The notes below the pieces were generated by a model. The model was not told where the DNA came from. It saw only the letters and a program-made list of their open reading frames with translations, and made no database searches. This document shows, in pieces, positions 36,818 to 48,718 of a stretch of DNA of 58,258 bases (its first letter is position 1; each line of letters begins with the position of its first letter). Location of the stretch: positions 1 to 58,258 of the forward strand of contig JASVEC010000100.1 of assembly GCA_030770535.1 (NCBI GenBank), read 5' to 3'. This stretch comes from Batkoa obscura. Lineage: Eukaryota. The translations under genes and the position numbers were made by a program.

Positions 36818-39344
36818 TGATCTTTTTTTCAAGAGGAGAGCCTCTATTATAGTAAATTTCAATTTTATTTGTTATGATATTCTCGAGAAATTATAACTTT
36901 AGATAATAATTTTTAGCGTGATTAAATTATTCTTTATTCTATTGCTTTGAATTTCTAATTTTTTAATGAAAAAAATATAAATATAACTTTAAGCTTGAAT
37001 ATTTTTGATTGTGAAATATAGTCTATTGCTATTCTCTTTAGCATGATTTCTATTTATTTTATATGTCATTGTGCTAATATTCAATACTAGCACGACATAG
37101 TAAGTTTAAGTTAGGTTCAAAGTAAGTAGATGAATAATGAATAGTAGTAAAATAATATACTATTATTTAGTGATATTAAATTAAATTATAAATCATAAGG
37201 TTTAATATTGTTGACAAAATATTTACTAATATTTAGCAAACTCATGTTAAAATAGATTTTGAGATTATAAATTATACTTAAAATTAAAATTCTTCATAAA
37301 TCTTCAATATGACTCAATTTTCAGTTCGCGTGAGAAATCAGTTGATTGCGTTGACTCATTTTAATCTTTGTACTACTTCAAGCTAAGCATAGATGTTCAT
37401 TTAATATTTAACATTATCAATCAAATGTAAACTACACTATTATTTCACTATCTAAAAGACTAATTTAATATAAATCTCTATTTTTTGATGTTATCAAATG
37501 TAGTATGAATGAAACAATTGAGCCCTTGCATATGAATTTTGATAGAATCATTGAAAGCTATCATAACTTTTGGTTGTCTAAAAATAATAAAATGTGAAGT
37601 AAAAAGAGCTCTTCCATGTGTAAAACCGATTAAATTGAATACTCGATAAGGTCTATTTCATAAATAATAATATCAGTATAACTTGTTTTTATTTTTTTAG
37701 AGAATACTATTGTGTGATCTGGATTTTTATTATGAAACAAAAATAAATTTGATATTTGAATTATTTCAGTAATTTATTTTTAAGTTTATATCATTCCATT
37801 ATATACCTCTTATATAACAACATCCCTACATAACTTTGTACATAAACTACGTGGGATTTATATGTAATATTCAATTGTTTTTAGGCTTTGAGAACGCAAT
37901 GAAAAATACATTTACTTTGCTATCAATTTACAGTAAATTAATTAAATTCCAATGAAATTTATTGAATAATTTCTTATCCAAACCCATTGTTTTGCTATCA
38001 CACTGGTTTAAACAAAATTTATACAAGAATATTCTCGCTTAATTATGTTTTATGATTAACTTAATAAATCAGTAATTAAATAGTGAAAATAGTAACAAGT
38101 AATAGTTCATCAGTATTTAAATTCGAAAATTCAGTGTTAAAAAGTTATTATTATTGAAAAGCTATGATTAATCTTATGACAATAAAAAAAGTTCAGTTTA
38201 AGAAAAACATTTTAATTTTATTAATATTAATAAAATTGAACTTTCTTAAAAATATAGCTTATATCAAAGATTGTGTAACAATGCTAATGTAGAATTTTTA
38301 ACATTGTTGATAAAATGTGAAACATTGATTAGTTTATTAATTTGCTACTTTTTTATTTAAATTTATTCAAACTTTTTAAATGCTTTAAGATTATATAGTA
38401 AGTATAAAATAACCTAGTTAATATAACTTTGATTGTAAGTTTTTTTAAGCTTTATTACAATCAACAAAATAATTCAAAGCTTTTATAAATAATGATAAAA
38501 CTAGTTAAATATAGTTGTTTTTATTATGTTAATATAAAAATAATACTAACAAAAAAGAAGCATTACTATTTTCTTTTATTTATATCCTTTTATTAAAGTT
38601 TATTTGTATAAGGTTTAACTTAATTTTTTTAATAAAATATTGCTTTATCAGCTTTACAGCTGATTAAAACATAATAATTAAATTATTCGAAAAAAATTAC
38701 TTCTTTTTTTTAATATTCATACTTAGCAACTATAATAAGAAAGAAGTATTATGATGTTCCTTGTATAATTACCGAATTAAAGTATAATTTTTTAAATATA
38801 ATAACTTGAGGCTTTCTAATTAAAGTATTCCATGTGTGCAATATCACTCTTTCAACTCCATGATTGATTATAATATAAGAACCACTTAAGTTGCTCTGTT
38901 TTCGAGTTCAGAGACAATCAATCCAAAACTCTTATTTTGATTTGCTATGAGGATTTCTAGCTCTATCCCAAAGAATGTTATCTTCTCATTTTGATATTTA
39001 TACTTTTCAGAGTATGGTATTTTGAGGCTATTTAACTGAATTATTCCCTGATATCTCGAACATTTAATAAAGCCACTAAGTTTTCTTAATAGTATCTTAC
39101 GTAGATTTTACATCAGTATTGTCTATTCTATTTGTCTTACATAGCCTGTGTAGCCTATTACGTGCTATTCTTCATAATCCAAGTCTATCTTAGTCACACA
39201 AACTAAGACCTTTCGACCGGTAGTGCAGTCAACCAAGCAATAGCTGTTTTTGACTCCAAACACTGAGTACCAGATTTCACACCCCATATATTGCACAAAC
39301 CTATTTCTCTTGCTATATTTCTTAAATTATTAAAATATTTACCA

Positions 39345-41038
39345 TATGGGGATGTATTTAAGGATTTAAGGATCTTACTAACAATTTTTTCACTTAAATA
39401 GCGCTTAAAAGATAGAAAAAACAATGAAGCCAAAAAAACACCCCCATATAGGAATGTTTTTTTGACTTTATTACTTTTTTCATGTTTTAAACACTATTTG
39501 AGTGGAAAATTTGTTGGTAAAATTCTTAAACACAAAAAACATCCCCATACATTATTTTTTTTGCTTTCATTATTAATAAACTTTAATAATAGGTATATAC
39601 TATTTTATTATAAAACGCTATAAACTTTACATTATCATAAATAACTATTAAAACTAATATGAATAAGTTATAATATTTATATTATATAGGGATGTATTTT
39701 TGTACTTAAAAATTTTACTAATAGTTTTTCCACTCAAATAGCGATTAAAAGAAGGGAAAAGTAATGAAGCCAAAAAAACATCCCCATATGTAAATCAGTA
39801 AAAAATTAGTTATCTTATAGTTTATTTTATTTGTTTATTACAAAGTTAAGCTTTTATTAATCATAATCTAAATATATGTTTAATACAAAGCTTTGATTTT
39901 TTTATATATTTTACTTTTATTACCAAAAAGTTTAGTTTTTAATTTTATTGTACAGGGATGTTTTCTTGTGTTTAAGAATTTTACTAACAATTTTTCTGCT
40001 CAAATAGTGTTCAAAAAAATGGAAAAATAATGAAATCAAAAAAAATATCCACGTATTTTTACTAATAAAATAATTAGTTAATACTTTTGATTTAAATAAA
40101 ATGATAAAGTTATTTTTAAAACTTATTTAAATTATTTATTAAACAAATTATTTTTAATTAATCATTGTATTATTATATTTTAAAAATATATTAAATTATT
40201 TTAAATTACTTATTTAAATTTATTTTTAACTTTAAATTGCTTATCTTTAATTTTTTAATAAGCAACAAATGGGGATGTATTTTTATGTTTAAGAATTTTA
40301 CTAACAAATTTTTCGCTTAAACAGCGCTTAAAAAAATGGAAAAAATAATGAAGTCAAAAAACACTCCCAAATAGTAATTTTTAAGAAAATACTCTTTTCT
40401 GATCAGGTCTTATTAAGTTTATAGTTTTTTAATATGTGTATAGTTAAAAGTAGATATAATTAAAAATTTAAAAATTTAAAAATTTTGCTAAGCGGCTGTT
40501 TTTTTGGTTTCATTACTTTTTCCATCTTCTAAACGCTATTTGAGGGGAAAGGTTGGTAGTAAAATTCTCAAGCAAAAAAATACATCTCCATATGTATAAA
40601 TTCAATAAATTTTCAAAATGTTTTTGAAAGGCTGTGAAATTTTCTTAAACCTTTTAATTTAATCTATAATATAAATAACTTTAAAAATTCAAACATGAAT
40701 TTTAAAAAAATCCAGCTTATTTTCAAATTAAAACATGTAAAAATATTATAAATATTATTTGTTTAATAATATAAAAATTATTAAATGTTGCTTGAGTTGT
40801 TTAAGTTATTTTTCATTATATTTTAATATAAAGATTTCTTGCATTTTAAAATAAAATCATTATTGTATATTTTATTTTATTTTATTTTTTATAACTCTAA
40901 TTCTAATATTCTGTTTTATAATATTGTATAATTTAATATATGAGATGTGTTTTTGTGTTTAAGAATTTTACCAACAAATTTCCACTTAAATAACGCTTAA
41001 AAATGGAAAAATAATGAAACCAAAAAAACAGCCCCATA
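39345..41038. mobile_element. Cluster of 7 MITE-like copies: F 39345-39448(+), G 39447-39549(-), H 39685-39788(+), I 39951-40055(+), J 40268-40372(+), K 40489-40592(-), L 40937-41038(+)
   Basis: Each is about 100 bp with TIR consensus TGGGGATGT/ACATCCCCA, mostly flanked by TA, separated by unique AT-rich DNA. Confidence 0.85.
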
Positions 41039-41802
41039 TATAATGCAATGCAAAGTAAAGTTTCAAGTCCAAGTTTTGTTTAATTTAATGTTCTAATTAT
41101 GGTACAAGTACTAACTTAAATGAAGTTTAATAAATCAACCTAGTTTGTATTAAATATTGGCAATTTAACGCCTAGCTTTTTATGGAATTAGTTAGAGTTT
41201 GATTAAAATTGTATCCCCTATCTTTTATCATATTGAATATTAATATAATAAAAAATATTAATTTACAGTGATAAATTTTCATTTTTTTTAATAAAGCGGT
41301 AAATTGATTGATAACAAATCAAGGTGATAGCAAGTAACAGGGTATGAGTATACTTTTATATTTTCCTTAAAAGGTTTTTCGAGAAATTTAATGTTATTTT
41401 AAACTTCACTTCATATCGTATTCATAAAAATATGGTCTTTTTCTTCTAAAATGATGTAGTTTTGACTTTTTTTAGCCAAAAATGTAGTAGGAGTTATTCT
41501 CCCTAACTATAAAAATGATTTGATTGAACAAAACTTAAAATAATTTAAAGTTGATTTGCTAAAATTTGTAAAAATGAAATCATAATTTGATCATGAACCA
41601 ACAAAAAACTTGCTCCCTGTTTTACTTTGTTCAATTATGCTTTGTTAATATACGTACAGTAAGTTTTATATCCAACTAAAACAAGTGATTTGATTAATTT
41701 ATTCAAACTTCTTGTTATATTTCTAAATTCTATTTTATTTAATATACGCATTTCATTATTTTAATCAATTTTACCTAAGTGGCTACCTTAATTAATCTTA
41801 CA

Positions 41803-43861
41803 ATGGAGGGTCATTCCACTAACAAAATTGACCTTTCAGAATATATGGAGGCCAATGAGAGGGAGGAGGACGAGTTAAGTAATTGGGATGACATTGAATT
41901 ACCTGATAGTGGACTGTCATTCAACACCTTACCTCGCAAAGACACAACAACAACAATTCAATCAGACCAAACACAAGTTGAAAATAATGATTATTCTGAT
42001 GCTTTCTCAAACTCAGAGTTTCAACTACCTTTACATAAACCATCTTTAGATTCAGTATCAAAGTTTCTTTCAAGCTACAATGGGCCAGGAACAGTAACAC
42101 GATTATCTGGTTCAAAGCGATCAGTGAGTTCTGAACATTCGGATTGGGGCGAAGATATAGTTATACCACAAAATGGATTTTCAATTAAGCCTAGAAGTAT
42201 CTCATTTTCAGACGACATTGATGGTTTTTTTGGAGGAGAGAAAGATCCAGGGCCTTCACGTGCTTCAACATTTAGTCGATTCTCAAGCTTAAATTCAGTC
42301 GAAGAAGAACAATTCGGAGAAAATGATTTCAATTTACCTGATGGCAAATTGAGACTTCAGCTTTCTCCTCATGAACGTGATATACCACTTGAGCTGAATT
42401 TTGATGGAGATGATTTGGATGCTGCTTTTACCTCAGATACTACTGGATTATCGAGCAGTAAAACACCTCAAAAGATCTTTCCGCCAATCACACCAGAAAG
42501 TAGCACTGAGCATTGGGATGATGTTGCTTTCCCAGAGTCTATGAGCACTTTGAAGTTAGCACAAAGGAAGCCATATCGACCATCAGTTAATCGTGAAGAA
42601 GATTGGTTACAAGATATTGAAGTTCCAAATGATAATGTATTTACCATTAAAGCAGAACAAAATAGGCTATTGAAACGTAAGAGTGTGACGCCAGCAGCTC
42701 GTATACTCACTAGAAATGCAATCAAACTTGATCTTTATACTTTACCAAATATGATAGCACAAGCTAACTCATCAAATAAGACATATTCACGTAAAGCACT
42801 TCGACAAAAAAGCTCGAATGATACGATTAGTAAAAGAATATTAGAAAACAACAACAGTTTATTAAACATGCCTATGCCAACTAAAAGTTTACAAATCCCT
42901 AAACAAACTAGTTTATCAAGTAATTCTAAGCCATTAGTAATGTCGAAATTACAGTACTATGGAGATGGAACCGAATTAGATGAGTTTGACAATCTTCCAG
43001 TTCAATCAAAACCTGAGTTGCGTAGTGGTCATAAATTTCAACGTTTAAATCCACCAAAAACGGAAAGTAAATTTAGATTTTTGAGTTATTAACCATTTGT
43101 TAATTTGTATCTTAGGTGCTCGCGAAAGTTATTCAACTCTTCTTAGCCATTTTTCAGAAATTGAAGTTGTTAAATCAAATGTCAAAACTTATAAAAAGAA
43201 AGTTGTAAGTATATGCATGATAATAATAATTAGTTATTGATTTTATTTTAGAGTAAACCCCATCTCATTAAAAACTTGAATTCTCTTAAAACAGAAAGAG
43301 GTAAACATAGATAAGCAAATAACATAACATTAAACTAAAGTTCAATTTATAGTCGTTGGGGATATGAGATTTAACCCACGTACTCAAACTTGGGAAGGTA
43401 ATGAGCAGGCATTAAAAGATTTTGATGCTGTATCACCTCCTCGCCCAGCCCTTATTACCAATCTTAATGGAAGCAAGAGACCACGCCGTGTTGGTAACAT
43501 GATCTTTGACCCAGAGCAAATGAAATGGTGCTCAATTGTTGAAGAGGAAGATCCATTTGCAGATATTCCGGATTTAACTACAGCTGATCCAGAGATCCAT
43601 TTGGATCGTAAGAGTCAAGGTAAAATAGTGATTGCCAAATTTGATGAATGAGTATTAATTAATATTTTATTAGCGTCAGGGAATAGCTTTTATTTGAATG
43701 CAACGTTCATCGATACAATGTATGATGCAGAACGACAGCATCGACAGTTTATGTCACGATGGAACCATGATGCAACGAGAAATAAGAACAATCAAGTTGG
43801 AGAACAAGAAATGATCCATGATCACTTATTTGATATAAGGAATTTTCCGACTGAGTTTTGA
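41803..43861 (+). CDS. BYR4: Byr4/Bfa1 two-component GAP scaffold (SIN/MEN), about 5 exons
   Basis: YGDGTELDEFDNL, KPHLIKNLN, MRFNPRTQTWEGNE, RPALITNL, VGNMIFDPEQMKW, EEDPFADIPDL; N-terminal WDD repeats. Confidence 0.85.
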
Positions 43862-44422
43862 GGAAGAATGAGTGATTAGCAACTTATATTTTATCACGTA
43901 TTCTCATTTGAAAAAAACTAAAGCTTATTTTTATATTTTTTGCTCAACTTATAATCTAAACTTAATATATAAATCACAACTTTACTTTTTTAGTCCGCTT
44001 TTTTCACTTTTTTATATATTTTTTGCCCAATCCCCACTTTTTTTGTGCTATATTATAGGCTTTTTTGCCTTGAAGTTGAAATTTTGTACATATGAACAGA
44101 GATATACATTAAGATTCCTTTATTGAACCAATAAAATGAGCAAAATATTAATTAAAAATTCAAGCTTTTAATAAACTTATTATCCTTATCACTTTTATTT
44201 TTATGATGACCAAGAATTTATGAAAATGAATTAATTATTACAGATGTTCTAGTAAATTGTAATTTTTTACCATATAATCACTTTACATTATAATTAAATT
44301 ATCTATTAATAAATCACATGTCTGTTTGTCATGTTTAACATTGTTAAAAAAAACAATCACATACTTATATAAATAACTTTATTATTAATATTATTAATAT
44401 GATTAATTAATCCAATACTCAC

Positions 44423-45716
44423 TTAGCTCTTAGACCTTTTAAACAGTACCAAAAGTAGCATAATCAAGATCAATACAATTAATAGAACTATACAATATTT
44501 AGATTTAGTTGACCTTTGATAAGTAGTAGCCTAAATAACATGAATTAATTTTAAAAGAAAATATCAATCTTCATAAAACAGCTTACTATGTTCAACTCTT
44601 CATTGGCCTCCTTAATGTTTGTAGCAATTTGTTCCACGTTATAATCAATACGATCAAGAAGAGTACCCTGATCAATAACCATACTTTGTAATGAGCGAAA
44701 CAGCTCTCCTAATTCACTGATACTTTGAGTAATTTTATCAATTTCACTTTCTCTCTCCATTATAATCCTCTCTTCATTTTCCGATATCACTACTTCCTGT
44801 TCTACCAATTGAAACGAGTATTCCTATTATGAGAAATTAATTAACAGTGAGTATAATTTTTATTGCTTTTTTAGTTACATCTTCCATATTACTATCCTCA
44901 TTGAAATTAATTAAATTTGTACTACTACCCTCCTTATTACCAATTCCTCCTTCTCTTTGTCTCAATTCTATAAATGAATTGGTCTTAATGTTTATTTTCA
45001 TTTACTAATATTGCTTACTATTCACATATTCCTTCTGAAATGCTTGGAACTGGTTGGATAAATTTTGTAGATGGATAGCTAATGAAATAGTACTATTTTT
45101 AACGACCAAACTACTCTTGTCGTTGGTCTTTGATGCTCGGGTCAATGTCTGTAATAGATGATGACATTTTCTCAGTTTCTAAAGAGCTTTAATTTTTTTA
45201 AAATAAATGTTTCTTTATTAGAAATTACTGTTGTAATTAGCTCACTTAACTCTAATATTGCCTTTTCTTCATTAGAACGATCCGTGAACCCCGGCATCAA
45301 TCGCTTTTTATGTAATATTTTTAGGTTTTTTACTAGTTTATTAGTATTTTTAAATTAGGTATTTAAATGCAATTACACTCATCTTCCACCTGTTTTATAT
45401 TTTCTTGAATCTATAAACAACATTTAATCTCTCACCTTCTTAATCATTTAATATAAATATACTTGTTCTTTAATATTCAACCTAAAAAAACGTTAATCTT
45501 GACAAAATAAAACTTCGCATTCATTATTTACCAATCCAATTGTCCATTATCCATATCCAGGCTGACATACTCTTTATTAAAACTTTTTTTATATTTTTGT
45601 GTATTCATAGTATTATTATTGATTTCTTGTAACTCATAATCATCTAAGGACAGGTTTAGCTCATACTCATATCCCTTTCTAAATTGTTCAAATAGTTTGG
45701 TGCGATCTCTGATCAT
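44423..45716 (-). CDS. TLG2: Syntaxin-16/Tlg2 Qa-SNARE, multi-exon
   Basis: MIRDRTKLF N-peptide, HKKRLMPGFTDR, ERESEIDKITQSISELGELF...IDQGTLLDRIDYNVE, C-terminal TM. Confidence 0.88.
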
Positions 45717-45909
45717 TATTGCTTCTAAAAGTTTAAAAAATAATCTTAAAAAAATGTTACGTTTTTAGCTGATATAAAGGGCATTATTTTATTGGCTAGA
45801 AGGTTTGCGTGACAATTTATTAAATAAATAGAAGAATAAGAACAAATTATAAAATTATAAATAAAATGATAAACTAAAATTAAGCTATATTTTATATGAG
45901 CAACGAGCT

Positions 45910-48533
45910 TTAAACAAACGAAAGTAGCCAGGCAGACTTAGGGGAGGTAATATGTGGCTTTAGGGAGACTTTAGAACTTGTTTTAAAATTAATTAAAAAT
46001 GATTTATAATTGTTAATCTTTTCTTGAATCAAATCCAAATCTTTCATAGTCAAATTGATTGTCAATAAACGATTAAAATGTTCTTCATTACATACCATCA
46101 GCTTCTTCATATAATCAACAGTCTGGTACAGTTGCTTAAATAATCTATTGAGTTTATACTGTACCATTTCATTGATTAATATATTATCTATGCCATCATA
46201 TGGTTTACTGTTATCACCATTTATACTATTATCGTTATATCCATTCATGCTATCACTGCCATTTCTGTTATTGTTGCCGCTGCTCTTATTCCTATCATTG
46301 CTAACTAAATCTTGATAAACCTCGAGTTTACCTTTTAAGTCATCAAACATCAGATAATCTAAATTATATTTAACATTTAAAAACGCTTGAAATCTCAATT
46401 GGTATTTTAATTCATCCTTTTCATTCAAATTAATTTTGTTTTCCCTAAATGGACCTTCAACTACTTGATAGTGGATTAACAGTGACAATATAATGTTAAT
46501 GATCTCACATAACTTTAACTGTAACTGTGCATAAATGAGGTGTAATAAGTGATGATTGGCTCTTCCCATACTTTCATCATCGTGAACCCTATTATCATTA
46601 TGTCCACTATGTTTGTAATTACTATTCTGTTTAATTAAACTGATCAGATATTGCATACTTTGATTCCATGTATTTATCTTTAATAGTTTATAATAAAAAT
46701 TAATTTGTTGTTTTAATAAACATTCCATTTGAAAATAAATAAAGATGTATTCATAATGGCTATACAATTGTAAATCAAACCCAATCTTTAGATAATTGAT
46801 CATAGAATCATACTGATGAAGATATAAATAAACATTTAAATCGTTAATTCCTAAATTAAATTCATTTTTGAAATGTAATAATTCCTTATTATCTTCAGTG
46901 AAATCCATTTTTAAACATAAATCGTGCATTTGATTTGTAAACTCTGTTTGATCGTATTTAAGTTGGTTAAACAGTCTCAAATACTTTTTTAATAATCTAT
47001 ATTGTCGACTGCGATTTTTGATTAGTAATTGATATTGATGTAATATAAATTGACTCAACTTAAAATTGAATTCCATGAAAATCTCATGCATCTTTTGCAT
47101 CACTTGTTCATTTTTATACTTATTAAAGTACTCTATAATTACATATAGGTTCGGATAGTAATATCTCAATACTTCCCTACTTATATTTATTAACCCTAGT
47201 TTACCTACATAATCTTAATATTCATAAACAAAATTCATTTTATTACAATATTTTACCTAAAAAATGTCGATCATAATAAATCGCGGTTGATAAAAAGGAC
47301 CTTGATATTGCTGAAGTTTTTGGATGTTTTTCCGAAAATTGCCTAATCAAATTATTTAAATGTAAACTTGATTTATAATGGATAATTTCTGTAGTAAAAA
47401 TCAATTCTTTGATTAGCTCAATAAATTGGTCATAACTATCTTTAAGATTCATTTGTTGAATTTTTCTTGGTGGACAATTGATGTTTAATAAACAAATCAG
47501 ATTGGGATCAAATGCTTTTGTTAATTTTGATTGCGTATTATTCATGCTAAATTCGATCTTAAACTCATTTTCCATCAAATATTTCAATTTAATCAAGTTC
47601 TTATTACTATCTGGATATCCCTCACAATACAATAAACTCAAGCAGTTGATACTCTTTAAAAAATATTTTCTCTTCTGGATCCTTAGTTTACACTGTTTTA
47701 GTATCTCCTTTTCTTCTATATTTGATTTTCTATCTTTTATTTTGCTATATTCTGAAATCAAATACTCCACTTCATCCAACCATTTAATACTCTGTTGTAT
47801 TGTTATTTCTGGATAAAAACTGAGACCTGTTTTATTAGTTGAAAAATCCTCTTCTTCATATCCATATCCTTTGATAAATTCAGACCATATCAATTGACAA
47901 CTCTTTATACATCCCATAATATACACTTTTAATACCATTAGATAAAACTCGCTTAGTTCAATATCGTTTTTGAAGTTTAGATCATACATTTTAGAGGTTA
48001 GTATTGGTAATTGGTTTACTTTCCTTACATAATGGCATGTATATATCGTCTGCCCTAAGGAATAACCCGAAAACCAAGTTAACTAAATATATTTAATAAA
48101 CCTTAATATTATAATAGTAAGTTTACTTCATAGCAAAACAAATCATCCATAAGATAAAGTAATTGGTTTAAAGTAATAACTTGATGTACGTCATAGCTTT
48201 GAATTGGGTTTAATTTTGTTTCTTGGTTTTCGCTTTCTACTGTTAAATTCAAGCCAGAGTCCATCTTTGGGTCCATTATCTTATTATTTGTTAAATATAC
48301 CCTTTTAATTTAATAATACAATTTTATCTACCTCTATTACCGACATGGCTTCTATCAATGAGAAATTATCTCCATGGATTAGCTCTCCAACTTGCAAGTC
48401 TAAATGTTATCAAATTCAACTATTGTCTCTAATTTATAAAATAAACCCATTTACCGTCACACGCATCAAATAGCAGCTGTGTACAATCCTCAAATTTTGT
48501 TTGATGAAAATGGTTTAAATTATTATAACTCAT
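45910..48533 (-). CDS. MAK10: NatC auxiliary subunit Mak10/NAA35, multi-exon
   Basis: [73 protein letters not shown]. Confidence 0.9.
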
Positions 48534-48718
48534 TCCACAATTCCTTTATTTTCTCTAAATAATTAAAACAAGCCACAAATAAATATTTTTCCATTTTTTT
48601 AATACTGTTATAAAGTTACTTAAAGTTAATAGTTGATTGGCTGAACGATAATTTGTATTCATTTTCAAGCTTGAAGAGATTAATTTTTAGCATCTGTAAT
48701 CTTAATATAAAAAATAGC

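Noticed and set aside
39345..41038. CRISPR-like array
   Set aside because: Repeats are ~100 bp, divergent, in mixed orientation, with irregular spacers, and also dispersed elsewhere; the context is eukaryotic with no cas genes.
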